Below, piece by piece: positions 33,211-47,987 of a stretch of DNA of 64,000 bases. The notes under the pieces are model-generated. The model was not told the DNA's origin, searched no databases, and saw only the letters and a program-made list of their open reading frames with translations. A program made the position numbers and the translations under genes. This stretch comes from Neocallimastix sp. 'constans'. Its lineage: Eukaryota. How positions within the stretch are numbered: position 1 is the stretch's first letter; every line of letters begins with the position of its first letter. The stretch is taken from positions 124,001 through 188,000 of the forward strand of contig JBODTK010000157.1 in assembly GCA_050613775.1 (NCBI GenBank), in the 5' to 3' direction.

Positions 33211-35399
33211 GTACTATTATATTAAAATTTACATCATAAAATTTATTTATCATTATATTGTACATATTTATTATGTAAATAATATTTAAAATTATTAGGC
33301 TTTTCTATTAAAAAAAAAAAAAAAAAAAAAAGGAAAAAAAAGGAAAAAAAAAAGAAAAAAAGAAAAAAAGAAAAATGTATTAATTATTAAATAATAATTT
33401 TCATTTATTTTTTGTAAAAAAAAAAAAAAAACTTTTAATATGGAAAATAATTAAGAAGTATTGTACAACTTTATAATTCAGCCTTTTTGTTTTTTATTGT
33501 TGTATTTTTTATTGTTGTATATTGTTATATTGTCAATTAATAAAATAAAAAAAAAATACACATTTCTTCTATTAATTAATATCATACTGAATAGTATTAT
33601 TAGTAATATTAGTAATATTAGTAATAGTAATGTGTTTAATTAAATATAATGTTGTATTAAATAATATAATTATTACTTATTTTTGTGTTAATGTCAAATC
33701 ATCCTCTTCTGTTGAGTAACATTCTATGTAAAAAAAAAAAAAAAAAAAAAAGGAGTGAAGATATAAATTATATAATTTTTTTTTATTGTTTTCATAAAAG
33801 TTTTATATTTCCTAAATTACTTATAATTAAATATAAAATATACTAAAGTGTATTAAAAAAGACCAAATGAACTAATTAAAATAACAGAAAAAGAAATATT
33901 ACATATAATATTTATAAATAATTTCATATAAACAATCTCTGAACAAATAATAAATATTTAATAAATAATAATAAATAATAAATAATAAATAATAAATAAT
34001 AAAATTTGGAAATATGGAAATTTTTAATTACTGAAAAATAAGTTTTTGTGTAAATATGTAAATATAATAAAGATGAAAATGGAAAGAATGGAAAGTATAT
34101 CAATTATTTAATAATATTTAAAGTTTGTTCGTGAAAATAATTTTTATACAAATTATATATATTTTTGAAAAAGAAAATTTTTTATAATAATTAAGTTTTT
34201 TTTTTTTAATGTACCACAACTAAAAACTAAACCATAAATAATAAAATAATAAAAGATTATTTTTTTTAAAAAAAAATAATAATAATAATAATATAATTAA
34301 GAGAAATCATAAAATATTAATCATATAAATAAAAAATAATAATAAGATAATTAAAAGAATTAATAATATAATTAAAAGAAATAAAAATGTTATAACAAAA
34401 ATTACTATTAAAAAAATTTTTATGTTTTATTACAGTATTAATATATATAATAATTTATGTATCCATCCATAGCTCATGTTTTTTATGCTTTAAAAAAAAA
34501 AATGTAAAAATAATATTTTCATATAATATTTATTATGTTAATTATATTATGAGTCTGCTTTTACTTTGCAATTATTTCTTTTTATTTCTATGTAGCAAAC
34601 TTTTTAAAAATTTTTTTAAAATTTTTTTGTATACATAATTAATATATATATTACACTTCATAAATTAAATATTGATTAAACTACATTAAAATTTATTAAT
34701 TTAATATATATTGATCTACACTAGTTATACCAAAATTCATATTAGATAATATTACAATTCTTTTTACGTTAGCATAATGAAATTTTAATTATTGACATAA
34801 AGTTAATATTAAAAAAACTACATTATAAGTCTCGAGGACGACCCCTCCTAACAAAGGAATCAAAGATATGAATTTTAAAGTAAAAAGGAAAAATTTCTTT
34901 TGATTAAAAAAACCAAGGAAAAAGTTAACCATTAAATTTATTTTACTATTCATTTTAGCAATAATGGACTTTAAGCTTAATGATTTGATTCAATGAAAGT
35001 TATCCCAAGATATGTATATCGATTACTATTTGGTAGATGATTTTTAGCCATGATGAAATATAGGATTTACATACACTCATGGAGTTATAATGTTCTTTGG
35101 TTTAATAATTGATGTAGCTTATATATAGATTCCAAAAGTCATTTCATTTTTTTTTTATTATTATATTTAATGTCCTAAACATGAGCTTTATTTAAAATTT
35201 TTTGATAATATCGTCTGTAAAATTGTTAATATATTTAAAAAAAAAAAAAAAAAAAAATTCTAGTTTTGTTTTCATTTCTAAATATATCATATTTTTCTTA
35301 CTTTTCTTGTATTTAAATTTCATATATTAAAAATTATAGTATTTAATTTCTTCTTTATTTTTTGTGTGTGTGCATATGAGCGTAATTTAAATTATAAAA

Positions 35400-35710
35400 T
35401 TATTTATGAAGTCCCAATTCAGATTGATAATCTTTGCTAAGTTTATAGTAGTCATCGGACTTTCCACTGTAACCATACTTACTGCAACAGCATCCATCTC
35501 TACAATAGCTAACTCCTTCTCCACATTTCTTGATAGAATCAGTTGGTAAACTGTTGGTCTTTGTAAATAATTTATTTACATACAATGTTTTGATGTTAGT
35601 AACCTTCGTGAAGGTTTTTAAAACGTAATAACTATCAAGAGATCTTTTTTTATGAAAAAAATTTATTATAAAGTCCTAAAAATAAAAACATAGTTTAAAT
35701 ATATTATCAT
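35400..35710 (-). pseudogene. Decayed small CBM18 chitin-binding protein gene
   Basis: KCGEGVSYCRDGCCCSKYGYSGKSDDYYKLSKDYQSELGLHK: the last four CBM18 cysteines are replaced, and the upstream signal-peptide-like part contains a stop. Confidence 0.75.
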
Positions 35711-36452
35711 TAATTATATTTTTTTTTTAATTATTTAAAAATATACTCATACGTTAAATTTTATTTTCTTTAAATATTAATAAAATTAATAAATAATTTA
35801 GTAATATATAATAAAATTAAAATTTATATAATTAAATTTAAATCTGTGATAATTACAATTCATTTAAGTTCTATAATGAAGAATAGTCTAAATCATCATT
35901 GTAATCACAGTTTAGAATTGTTCTAATTATTCATAATAAAAAAAAAAAAAAAAAAAAAAAAAATTATAATTGTTATTTTAATAATATATTTTTATTATAA
36001 AAAATCTCTTATAAACCAGATATTATTGTTAAACAACAATTTAAAAAAAAAATAATAAATTACATTGTATTAAAATCAATTAAGGAGGCTAAATCATCAA
36101 TATCCTTTTGTTAAAAGAAACTTCAACTAATTTTCTTCGAGAATTTTTAAAATTATATATTAAAAAAAAAAAAAAGGTAAGAAATATAAAAAATTTTATT
36201 AATTTTTTAAATGAACATAATATAATATTTAATATTTTTATTTTTATATTATTATAAACTATAATAAATAATAACAATAATGTATATATTAATTAATCGC
36301 ATCTTCTTAATATTCTTTAATCTCTTAACTGTTAATAAAGCATCATCTACACTTTTGGCACAACTTTATAATAATGTAAATTTATATATATTTACAAATA
36401 AATTTTATTTTATAAATAATTATTTTTAATTATACTCAAATTTATTTTAAAA

Positions 36453-36491
<39 letters not shown>

Positions 36492-36499
36492 AGTTACAC

Positions 36500-36647
36500 T
36501 TCAGTAACAGTAGCTTCGGAATTAGTAGTTTCGGTCTCAGTGGTCTTGAATGCACAACTTTTATATTACAAATTCAGTAACAGTAGCTTCGGAATTAGTA
36601 GTTTCGGTCTCAGTGATCTTGAATGCACAACTTTTATATTACAAATT
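36500..36647. repeat. Tandem duplication, 2 x 73 bp
   Basis: TTCAGTAACAGTAGCTTCGGAATTAG...TATTACAAA at 36500 and 36573. Confidence 0.92.
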
Positions 36648-37635
36648 AAGTAATGAAAAAAAATTTAATAAAAATAATTTTTATTATATTAATTATTTTA
36701 TATAAATAAATGTGTATAAAAAATGAATATAAAAATTATTCAGACATTTAATAATATTATATTTTAAATATCATAAAAAATAAAAATAAAATGAAAAAAT
36801 ATATTAATATTAGTAGTTACACTTAAGTAGTAGTAGTCTCGGAATAGTTTTGGTCTTATATTAATGATGTTCTTCTTAAATTTACCTACAAAGACCTTAT
36901 GTTATTAGCGTTCTTTACATTTTAGTAAATTTCTTTAAGTCTAAAAAGTATTTATATTCATTAAATTTGCTTTAATTTTTTTTTTTTTTTAAAAAAAAAT
37001 CATTAGATTATAAAATTATATATAATTAAATTTAAAATTTAAATGATTAAAATAAAATTTACATTTTTAATATATTATAGTTTAATTTTTTAATAAATAA
37101 AAAAAAATACAAAATAATAATTTATGATAAAATAATAAATATTAATAAATATTAATACAATAAATATTGGATGTTAAATGAACCTTAAAATAATTGTTAA
37201 ATAATTAATAAATATGCAAATAAATAATAAAATTATATAATAATGTTTTTATATAGCACCTTTTTTAATTATTATATAGAGAAAATTTTTATTTTTTATT
37301 TAATATATAAAAATTATATATACAATAATGTTTTATGAAACTCAGGTATTAATTTTTATTTAGAGAGATATTTTATTAATTTATGTTTTTTAATTTATGA
37401 AGAATTTATAAAATTATTTAAAATATATAAATATTATCACAAATATTATTATACCAATAATATAATACTTGTTTTTATATAATTAATAAATTAATTATGA
37501 GCTTTTTCAAAAATGTGTTATTATAATTTTTATATTTCGTTATTATAAATAATTAAATATGAAAAAAAAATTTTTTTTTTAAAAATGAAAATGAATAATC
37601 TAAAGTTTTAATTTATAATTATAAATGATTTATAA

Positions 37636-37666
<31 letters not shown>

Positions 37667-37811
37667 GTTTGATCAATCTTGAGAAAAATATATAAATTGC
37701 AAATATTTTGAAAATAGTCTCTTTTTTAGGATTTAAAAAAAAATTAATTAATTACATAAAAAATAATATGAAAAAGTAAAACTTTTATTTTTAATATTTT
37801 ATTAATAAAAA

Positions 37812-37854
<43 letters not shown>

Positions 37855-38639
37855 TATCATAAAATTATATTATTATAAAATTATGGAATAATGAATCACT
37901 TGTATTTGGATGAAACCCTTATCATAAAGAAATTAAATATTTATGAGTATCGATTTTAAATCGAAGAATTTAAATTAAATTAAGATATAATAATAAAAAA
38001 AAAAAAAAATAATAATTAAAAATAAAATGATTAATTGTATTTATATATATAAATATAATCATATTTCAAATTATAACATAATTTTTAAATTTTAATGAAT
38101 TGAATAAAATTAACAATGATTAAGAAAATAAAAAAGTTAAAAATTTCTTTGTTTAAATTATTTAAATGGTTTAACTATTTTATTCGTTGAAGAAAATGAC
38201 GATGCGCTTCCATAAGACTAATTTAAAACATTTAATAAATCTTCATAGATTGTAAAATATTTAAATTAAATAATGATATAATTTATATTATAATAAACAA
38301 ATTTATGATTAATATTTATATATTATGATTTATATATATATAATAAAATTAAATAAGGTTAAAGAAATTTCTATATTGAATGAATTTATGTTATAAAAAA
38401 ATAATGAAAATAAAATAATAAATGTTTATATATATATATATATATTCATTTATATTTTCATTATATCAGTGATAGAGTTGATAGTAATAGTAGTAATGAT
38501 AATAGAATAGTAGTAGTTGTATTAAAAGTAGTCACTTTTTTTTTTTTTTTTTATTTGTAATATTTGTAAATTTATATATAATTTCCTTTTCTTCTGAATA
38601 CAAGATAAAAGTATTTGTTTCGGCTTCTGATTATATTTT

Positions 38640-38677
<38 letters not shown>

Positions 38678-39473
38678 CATTTCAACCTCAACTTTTTTTT
38701 TTTTATTTATTCATTTTTGTTCATTGTTTTTTTTTTTTTTATTGTTATTTTGACTTTTTTTTTTTTCACTTATTAACTTTTTTTTATTATTAATTTATTT
38801 ATTTATTTATTTATCTTTTATTTTGTATTTCGTATTATTATTTTTTTTCTTTATATATTCAATTTATATATTCAGATTTATTATTAATATTTATATATGA
38901 GAAAAGTATGTGTGTTTTTTATAATAAACTTTATTTATTTTTGTATTTATTTAATACATAAATTTTATTAATGTAAAGAACTCATTTTTTAAGATAATAA
39001 AAATAATTATTTTTTATAGTAAAAATTACATATTTAATCATGTGATAATTCTATGAATTAATACACATAGATAAATGTTACACAACATAAAAATATAAGA
39101 ATAAAATATTAATATAAGATAAGAATATAATATTGATAATAATATAAGAATATAAAAATATAATATTAATAATATAAAAATATAAAATAAAATGTGATTA
39201 TTTTAACAATATATATTACAATTAATATTGTTACTCTAACCCTGATTAATTTTTTTAAAAATATAACCTTTTATTTTTAATATTAATAATAATTAAAATA
39301 TATATATATAATATTATCAAAATCGTTGAAAAAAATTTTTTTTTTTTTTTTGAATATTATAATTTAAATAAAACAAAAAGTGTATTTTTTTTTTTTTATT
39401 ATTATTATTATTTAATTATTATTATCATCATTATGAAAAAATAATTTTTTTTTGTTATTATTAATATTCCAAT

Positions 39474-39506
<33 letters not shown>

Positions 39507-40527
39507 AAATTTATAAATATAAAAATTTTAGAAAATATTCAATAATGATGATTTCTCATTTATAATTAAATTATTAGGTATATTTATAATTATAATTTTT
39601 ATAGTAATATCATATACAGATAAAATTAAATAATAAAAAATAAAAAAAAAAAACGATTTAATAAGATAATATTTTATTATTCACTTTTAATTAAAAATAA
39701 AAAGAAATAAAATCTAAATTTATAAATTAAAATATATACATACAAGTATTGATGACTTCTTTTATTTTTTCTTTCAAATAGAGATGATAGTTGACCAATA
39801 ATAAAATTACATATTTTTCTTTATTTTTGTACTTTTTTTTTTAATTATTATAGAAATTGTAATAATTGTTGGGCTAAATTATTATAAAATTAATAAACAA
39901 TAATTTTTTAAATGTATGTATATATATATATATATTTATATTTTTCAAAAAAGTTTAAAAATATAACGAACAAAAAAAAAAAAAAAAAAAAAAAAAGTAT
40001 ATATATGTTTTAAATTTTTTATTTGTCATATATTTTTTAATTTTTTATTTATATTTATATTTACACATTTATAAAAACAAAAACTTTTTTTTTTGTTCAT
40101 TATTATATTAATGAATATTGAGAGATAATAAATATCTATTATATAATAAATATAGATTCAAAAAATTTATTATATAATAGATGTATTGTATTTTTTTTTT
40201 TTTTTTTTTTTTTAATATTATAAATGATAATAATTATTTTATAATATTTTTTTTTTTTTTTTTTTTTTTATCATTTCTTTGTATTTTTTTTTTTATTTTT
40301 TATAAAAAATAATTGCTATTAAAATTAATAATTTAAAAATTTATATATGATTAAAAAAAAAAGAAAAAATAAAAATAAAGCTTTAACATTTATTTTTTTA
40401 TTACATTAGAATATATTATTAATGTATATTATAAAAAGAAAGTAGATAAAAGAAAAGGTTTTTTTTTATTTTTATTTTTTTTTTTAAAAAAGATTATCAA
40501 TATTATTACTGTATTATATACAATTCA

Positions 40528-40980
40528 CTAAACTTTAGAATTTCTCTTCATAAGTTTCTTATCCTTCTTCATTTTTTGTTCTTTATCTTTCATGACAAGT
40601 AAAATATTATTACTTGTTGGCTCCTTTAACTTTTCATTTAATGGAATATTCGTAAATCCGGTAAGATTTATACCTGCCATACCTATTTTATCTTTTAAAA
40701 GAGATAGATCATTATCAACTACAGAGTTCTTATTCTTTTGACCAAGTCCAATAGCAGCCATAGTAGTAGTTGTCTTATTATTCTTTGAATTTAGAGTATA
40801 AAGGGATGTTTTATTATTATTATTATTAGCTTTTGTTAATTTAGTTTTATCATGTTCCTTTTCAGAGAATGATTTCAAATTGGTATCCACGACCATCCAA
40901 TCTTCATCTTTTGGAATATCTTTTTTTATTTCAGTAGAAGATTTACTTCTATTGAAGATAGAACCAATCCAGGCTAACAT
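40528..40980 (-). CDS. Hypothetical 150-aa single-exon protein with an Atg8-interacting (LIR/AIM)-like motif
   Basis: Clean ATG in AAAATG context; higher complexity and GC than the flanks; DEDWMVV motif; basic C-terminus. Confidence 0.8.
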   Translation of the reverse strand: MLAWIGSIFNRSKSSTEIKKDIPKDEDWMVVDTNLKSFSEKEHDKTKLTKANNNNNKTSLYTLNSKNNKTTTTMAAIGLGQKNKNSVVDNDLSLLKDKIGMAGINLTGFTNIPLNEKLKEPTSNNILLVMKDKEQKMKKDKKLMKRNSKV

Positions 40981-43900
40981 TTTGAATTATATATATTTAA
41001 TAACCAAGGAATGACTTAATTTTTTTTTAATATAATATTATATAAACTGAAATGGATTAAATTTGATTATTCAATGAATATATTATTATTATTATAATAA
41101 CTATTATTAACTTTTTTTTTTTATTTTTTTATTTTTTTTATAAAATTATTATTTAAATATTATCTAAATTAATTTTATTTTATTGTATTAGGCAATTAAA
41201 AATTTATTCTTATGTATTATAATATATATATTTGATTCTATATTGTTTTTTATTATTTGAATATATTAAGTAAAAATTTATTTTATTTTTATGTTTATAT
41301 AGATAGTTTGTAAGATAGTTAATTATTTAAGAATAAAAAAAAAAATTATATATTGATATTTAGATAATTAAAATTATTATTTAAATTTATATTTATAACT
41401 ATGGTAATAACTTTGAGTTTATAATAGTATTACTGAACTATAATGATTTATGATAATTAATAGACCTTTTTTTAAATATTTATTTATTTATATATATTTA
41501 ACTATTCAATTTTACTTTTTATTGTTATTATTATTTTTTTTTTAAAGTAAATAATATTTAAATGATATTTAATGAATATATAATGAAATAAAACAAAACA
41601 AAAAAAAAAAAAAGGGAAAAGCAAAATCTTTATATATTTATAATTTTTATAATCAAGTGATTCATATCATGTCAAATTTTAATTTATTTTAAAAATGACA
41701 AATAAAGAGATTTAAAAAATGTTAATAAAAAGCATTAACAATAAAAAAAAAACAAAAAAAACAAAAAAAACAAAAAAAACAAAAAACAAATTAACCAAAT
41801 AATAATAATATATTAAATATATATTATGTATATTGTAATATATTGTCATATATTAATTTATTTAATTTAATTAATAACTATCAAAAAATAAAAAAGAAAA
41901 AAAAAAAAAAAAAAGAAAATAAAAAAGAAAATAAAATAATAAAAATAAAAAATAAAAATTATCAGATTACCTAAAAGTAAAATTAAAGTTTAATTATTAA
42001 TTTGATATTTTTAAAACTTTAATTAATATTATTTTAATAATTAAAATTTTAATAATTAAAATTTTTATAATTAAAAATTTATGAAATAATTTTATCCATT
42101 TATTTATTTATTTTACTTAACTATTTATTTATTTATTTTATATGATTATTTTTGTTTATTTATTTTATAAAGTTTATACTTTTTCTTATTTGTAAAAAGA
42201 TTAATAATATTAAGATTAAAAAAAAAAATAATAATCTTTTTTTTTTATTTTTATTTTATTTTCTTAAAACAAAAAATTTATTCATAAGACTCTTTTTAAT
42301 AAATTTTTTTAATAATGATGATATTAATAATAATTGATAATAGAATTTAACGGAAAAGTAATTAATTAATTAAATTTAATTAATTAATTATTATTTCATA
42401 ATCATTAAATAATGTTTTAAAATTTTAATGATAAAAATTTAATTAGTTCATAGCATCATTCACATTAACATATCAACTATTATATTATATTATATTATTG
42501 AACTTTTGAAAAAAAGGGCTTTGAAATTTTTTATTTTATTTTATTTTTTTTTTTAAAAAAAAAAAGATTTATAATTAATAATAAATATATAATAATAATT
42601 ATTTTTATTTATAGATTAACAGAAAAAAAAAAAAAAAGATCGATGTTCATAATAAAAGGAAAAAAAAAAGTGAATATTCATTTAATGATTACTAATATAT
42701 AATAATTTTAAAAGTTTATTAAATAAAGAAGCTTTTTTATTTATTTTATTTTTTTTTTTAATTTTTTAAATGGTTCCTGATCCTTAAAAATTTTATATGT
42801 AAATAAAATTTTATTATATAATAAAAGAAAAAAGAAAATGAAGAAAATGAATTGAATCAAATCAACTAATTGAAGGTAATCATTCGTTAATTATGTTTAT
42901 TCTCTTTCTTTTTTATTATTATTATTTTTTTTTTTCATTTTTTATTTTTTTTTTATTTTTTTTTATTTTATTTTTTTAATTTAATCAATAAAATACAATT
43001 TGTCACATTTTCATATAAAAGAAAATTATTATTATTATTATCTTTTTTATTGAGTTACTTTTATTAAATTTTTATTTTATGAATATTTATTATATTTTTA
43101 CTTTCTCTTAATTACTGTTTATTATTCACTATTTATTTATTATTATTATTATAAATCTTTCATATTGAAAATATAATACTAATAAATATATATATCTATA
43201 TTTTTTTTTCTTTAAAGAAAAAGTTTAAATAATTAATTATTAATAATTACATAATATTAATGATTATTTTTTTTTTTTTTTTTTTTTTTTTTAGAAATTA
43301 CTTTAAGTAATGATGATGAATTATTTATTACTTTTTTTTTTTTTTAAATTATTTTAATAATTATATATATATATATATATTTATAAAATTAAAAATTATT
43401 ATTTAATTTTTTTTAATGACAATTTTTAGTATATTATTTAATATAATTTTAATAACAATGGTTTTATGTATTAAATGTCATTTTAATAATTAGCCTTTTT
43501 ACTTTTTTTTTTTTTATTTAATTTACTTTTTTTATTTATATATAATTAAAAGAAACAATTCCGATTTATGAAATTATGTAATGTTTTAAAAATATTAAAA
43601 TAAAGTATATATTATTTATTTATTTAATTATTTAATTATTTATTTTTACTGTTTTTTAATTTTCATTTTTATAGCATTTCATTCGTTCAATATTACTTTT
43701 TATAATGACTTTTAAAGGGGGTTTTTATTAATATATCAAAATAACAACAACAACTAATGATAATTATATATAAATAACAAATGATTTTAATTATTTATAT
43801 CATTAATGTTTTAAGAATATATAATGAAAGCTTTATTAATTATTAGTAATATTGGTTTGAAAATTTAATTATTTAAATTATTATTATTATTTTTGTTAAT

Positions 43901-46390
43901 ATTTTAATTAGAAAAAATATATATAATATGAATTAATAATAATAATAATGATAATAGAAGAAAAAATAATTTTTTTTTTAATTATAATTTTTTTGTATTA
44001 ATATTTTTAATTAATTAAATATTTATAAATTTTTGTGTCATATGAGGTAAAATGTGGTTTAGATTGAATTAATAAATATAAATTTAATTTGAAAGAAATA
44101 TTATTTATTTTATTTATCTTTTTTTTTTTTTTTCTTTTTTATTAAATATCAAATTAATTATATTATTATTTATTATAATTATATAATCTTTTCAATTAAA
44201 ACCATAAGAACAATAATAAAAAAAAAAAAAAAAGAAAAGAAAAATAAGGCTAAAATAAAAAAAAAAAAAAAAAAAAAACAAGCTTTTTTTTTATTTTATT
44301 TTTTTTTTTAAAAAAAATATTTAAGTTTTTAAAGTTTTGATTATAAACCATCAAAAAATTTTTAAAATTTATTTATGTGGCTTGAATAAATTTAATAATT
44401 TTATGTAATATATTAAAAACCAATGAATTTTTGTTTAAATCATATACTACCATCATGAGTATCTTTTTTAACTAATATTTTCCTTGTTAGAGAATTTAAT
44501 ATAAATAGTTTTTATTTATTTAATAAATAAACAGTGTGGCTTGTCATATTTGAATGATATTAATAATAATTTTACAAATAATATAATAATGATGTTAATT
44601 TAAATTAATTAAATTATATTTTGAAATATATTAATTTAATTACATTAAAATATAATAATAAAAAAAATATGATTCAAATAATAAATATAGAAAATACTTT
44701 TAATGAAATTGATTATTGTAATTTTTTTTTAAAAAGGGTTTATATTTTATTTTATTTTATTTTATTTTACTCATTTATTTATTTATTTTTTATAAGGTAA
44801 TTGTAAATTCTTTATTCAAAAAATTTTGTTATTCCGATATTTTTTTTTATTAATTTTTTTTTATATGGAAAATCACATTATCAATTAATAGACCATTTAA
44901 GTATATTTAATTTATTACTACGAAATTAATGTTAATTTTATTAATTATTTTATAAAATTTTTTTTATTTCTATAATTAAAATACTAGTCAAAACAATTTA
45001 ACAATTATTTAATATGTTTATCAATATTTACTAAATATTAAAATATTAAATATATATGGAAAAAGTATAATAATTAAAAATGTATAATAGCAACAGTTTT
45101 AATGATAATAAAAAATTCATAAAATATTATTATCTATAACTTGATCATCATAATGTAAAATGATATTGTTTAAATAATAAATAATAATTGATAGATATAA
45201 TAAAAATTTTATAAATTAGTTATAATCTATATTATAACTTGATCATCATGATTTAAAATGATACTGCTCTAAATAATAGATAATAAATGATAGATTTAAA
45301 TGATATAATTATGAAGATAAATTATAAATAGGAAATAGGAAATGAAAAATAAGAAATAATAATAATAATAATATTTATGTTATTGGTAACATAATTCGTA
45401 TCAGTAGTAGTAGCAAGTATCTTGTATAATTAAAGACTATTATTATTATAATTGCAATATATAACTACTACTATAACAAAATATAACAAAACAAAACAAA
45501 ACAAAACATTTAATTCTATAATAATAATATTATCATATAATTTCTTCTTTTTAACAATAATATCAGTATTGATATGATTATAAATATCAATAGGAATATT
45601 AAATTTCACATGTAAATTTATTATATTTCTTATTTATTGAAGCTTTAATAATAAAAATAAATATATTTATTTAATAATTGATAATACCTTGGTAATCTTT
45701 AATAATAACAATAATAAAAATAAAAATAAAAATATAGAAAAAAGAATAAAAAAGAATAAAAATAAATATATATATTAAATTAATAATTGATAATAATTTA
45801 ATATTATAAATAATAATAATGATAATAATAATAGAAATAATAATCATATAAGAAATATAACAATATTTATAGTTAAATATTATCTATTACCAATTCATTA
45901 GATAATCTATTATGCTATATAACATAATTTTTCCAAATGAAAATGAAAAATAAAAAAATAACAAATAAAAAATAAGAAAAATAAAATGACAAGAATATTT
46001 AATATGAACTTAATATATATTCATATCATTTGTAAATAATTTAATAAATTCAAAAATAAAACTCATGTAATAAAAAAAAATTATGAATAACTTTTAATTT
46101 TAAATAAATATTAAATATTCAAAAAGTAGTAAACTTTAATCATATTATTATATTCATTAATATATATATTTATATACATTCATTATCTATCTTTTTATAT
46201 ATATAATATAAAATTTTTAATATGAATATTTTTATTAATAAAAGAAATAAATATGTAATTATAATTTTATTAAAAATATCATAATTAATTCATAGTGATA
46301 CATCATAACTAATACTAATACTACTAATAATAATTATTAAATTTCTATAAGAAATTAATTAATTTCTTATTATATTAATATATTAGTTTA

Positions 46391-46424
<34 letters not shown>

Positions 46425-46953
46425 TTAATAAATATTATTTTAAAATTTTAACAAAAAATCAATATTTATTTATTTTGAATAATAATTAAAAAATAATAAT
46501 GATAATGATATTAATAAAATAAATATTATTTAAAAATTTTTTACAAAAAATCAATATTAATTTATTTTAATTAATAATTAAATGATGAATAACTTTAACT
46601 ATCTTTTTTTAATAATAAGATATATAAGACATTACTGTATAATATTCATTAAATATCAACACTAAAGATTATTAGCTTCAATAAAGATAATAATTTTACA
46701 GTTAATTCTTTATTAAAAAAAAATAATTGATAGTATATATATAGATATATTTTTTTTTTATAATTAATATTTCTATTTTGTAATTAAATTTAATTTAAAA
46801 CTAAAAATATCAAGTTTCAATTATATTATGGATAATCCATAATTGTAACACAAAATGTAATTTGTAAAAATAAAAAAAAATTATTATTATTTTTTTTTTT
46901 TTACTCAATCTGTACTTTATATTTATATTTCAACTATTTATTTTATTTTATTT

Positions 46954-46985
<32 letters not shown>

Positions 46986-47053
46986 TTATTTTATTTTTAT
47001 TTTTATTTTTATTTTATTTTATTTTATTTTATTTTATTTTATTTTTATTTTTA

Positions 47054-47084
<31 letters not shown>

Positions 47085-47912
47085 TTTATTTTTATTTTTA
47101 TTTTATTTTATTTTATTTTAATTAACATAACAAATATTTTTTATTATTAAAATAAATAAATATCAGTAATACTATTTTTTTTTATTGTATTTAATTTTAA
47201 ACTGTAAAAACATATATGGATAAATACTTTTTTAAATATATATATATATATTACTTTATTTTAAATAACTTTTATAACGTAAAATAAGTTTTAAGTAGTA
47301 GTTATATAATTAGAAGTAATATAAAAATAAAGTAAATTTAAAATATTACCATTATATATCCATTATTACTAAAAATAATAAATATATATATATTATGTAA
47401 TAATTGAAAGAACATAAATTTTTATATATAAAAATAATTAAAAATACTATATAAAAAATAAAAAAGAAATTAAATTTATATTTATTCATCCTTTTATTAT
47501 TTATTTATTTATATATATTTAAAAGTTTCCTATTATTTAATAGTTATTATTTATATTTATTTATTTATTTATTTAATAATAAATACTCATTTTATTCTTT
47601 GTATTATTTATTTATTTATTATTACTTATTATTTATTATTCATTATTCATTAATAAATACTCTTTTATCATTTATTATTCATTATTCATTAATAAATACT
47701 ATTTTTATTATTTATTATTCATTATTCATTAATAAATACTCATTTTATTATTTATTATTTATTATTTATTATTTAATTATTCATTATTTATTATTTATTA
47801 ATATATTTTTTATTTTTATTAGCATATTTAGTATTTTGGTACTGATAAAATTTGATTATGAGTTTTTATTATTAATTCATTAACACTAAATTTTTTTATT
47901 ATAATTAAAACA

Positions 47913-47987
<75 letters not shown>

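Noticed and set aside
34780..35210. Higher-complexity island with a GC patch (CTCGAGGACGACCCC)
   Set aside because: No sustained ORF, termini or RNA-gene signature identified.
46347..46370. Perfect 24-bp palindrome ATAAGAAATTAATTAATTTCTTAT
   Set aside because: Mostly A/T; such palindromes are plausible by chance in this low-complexity background.
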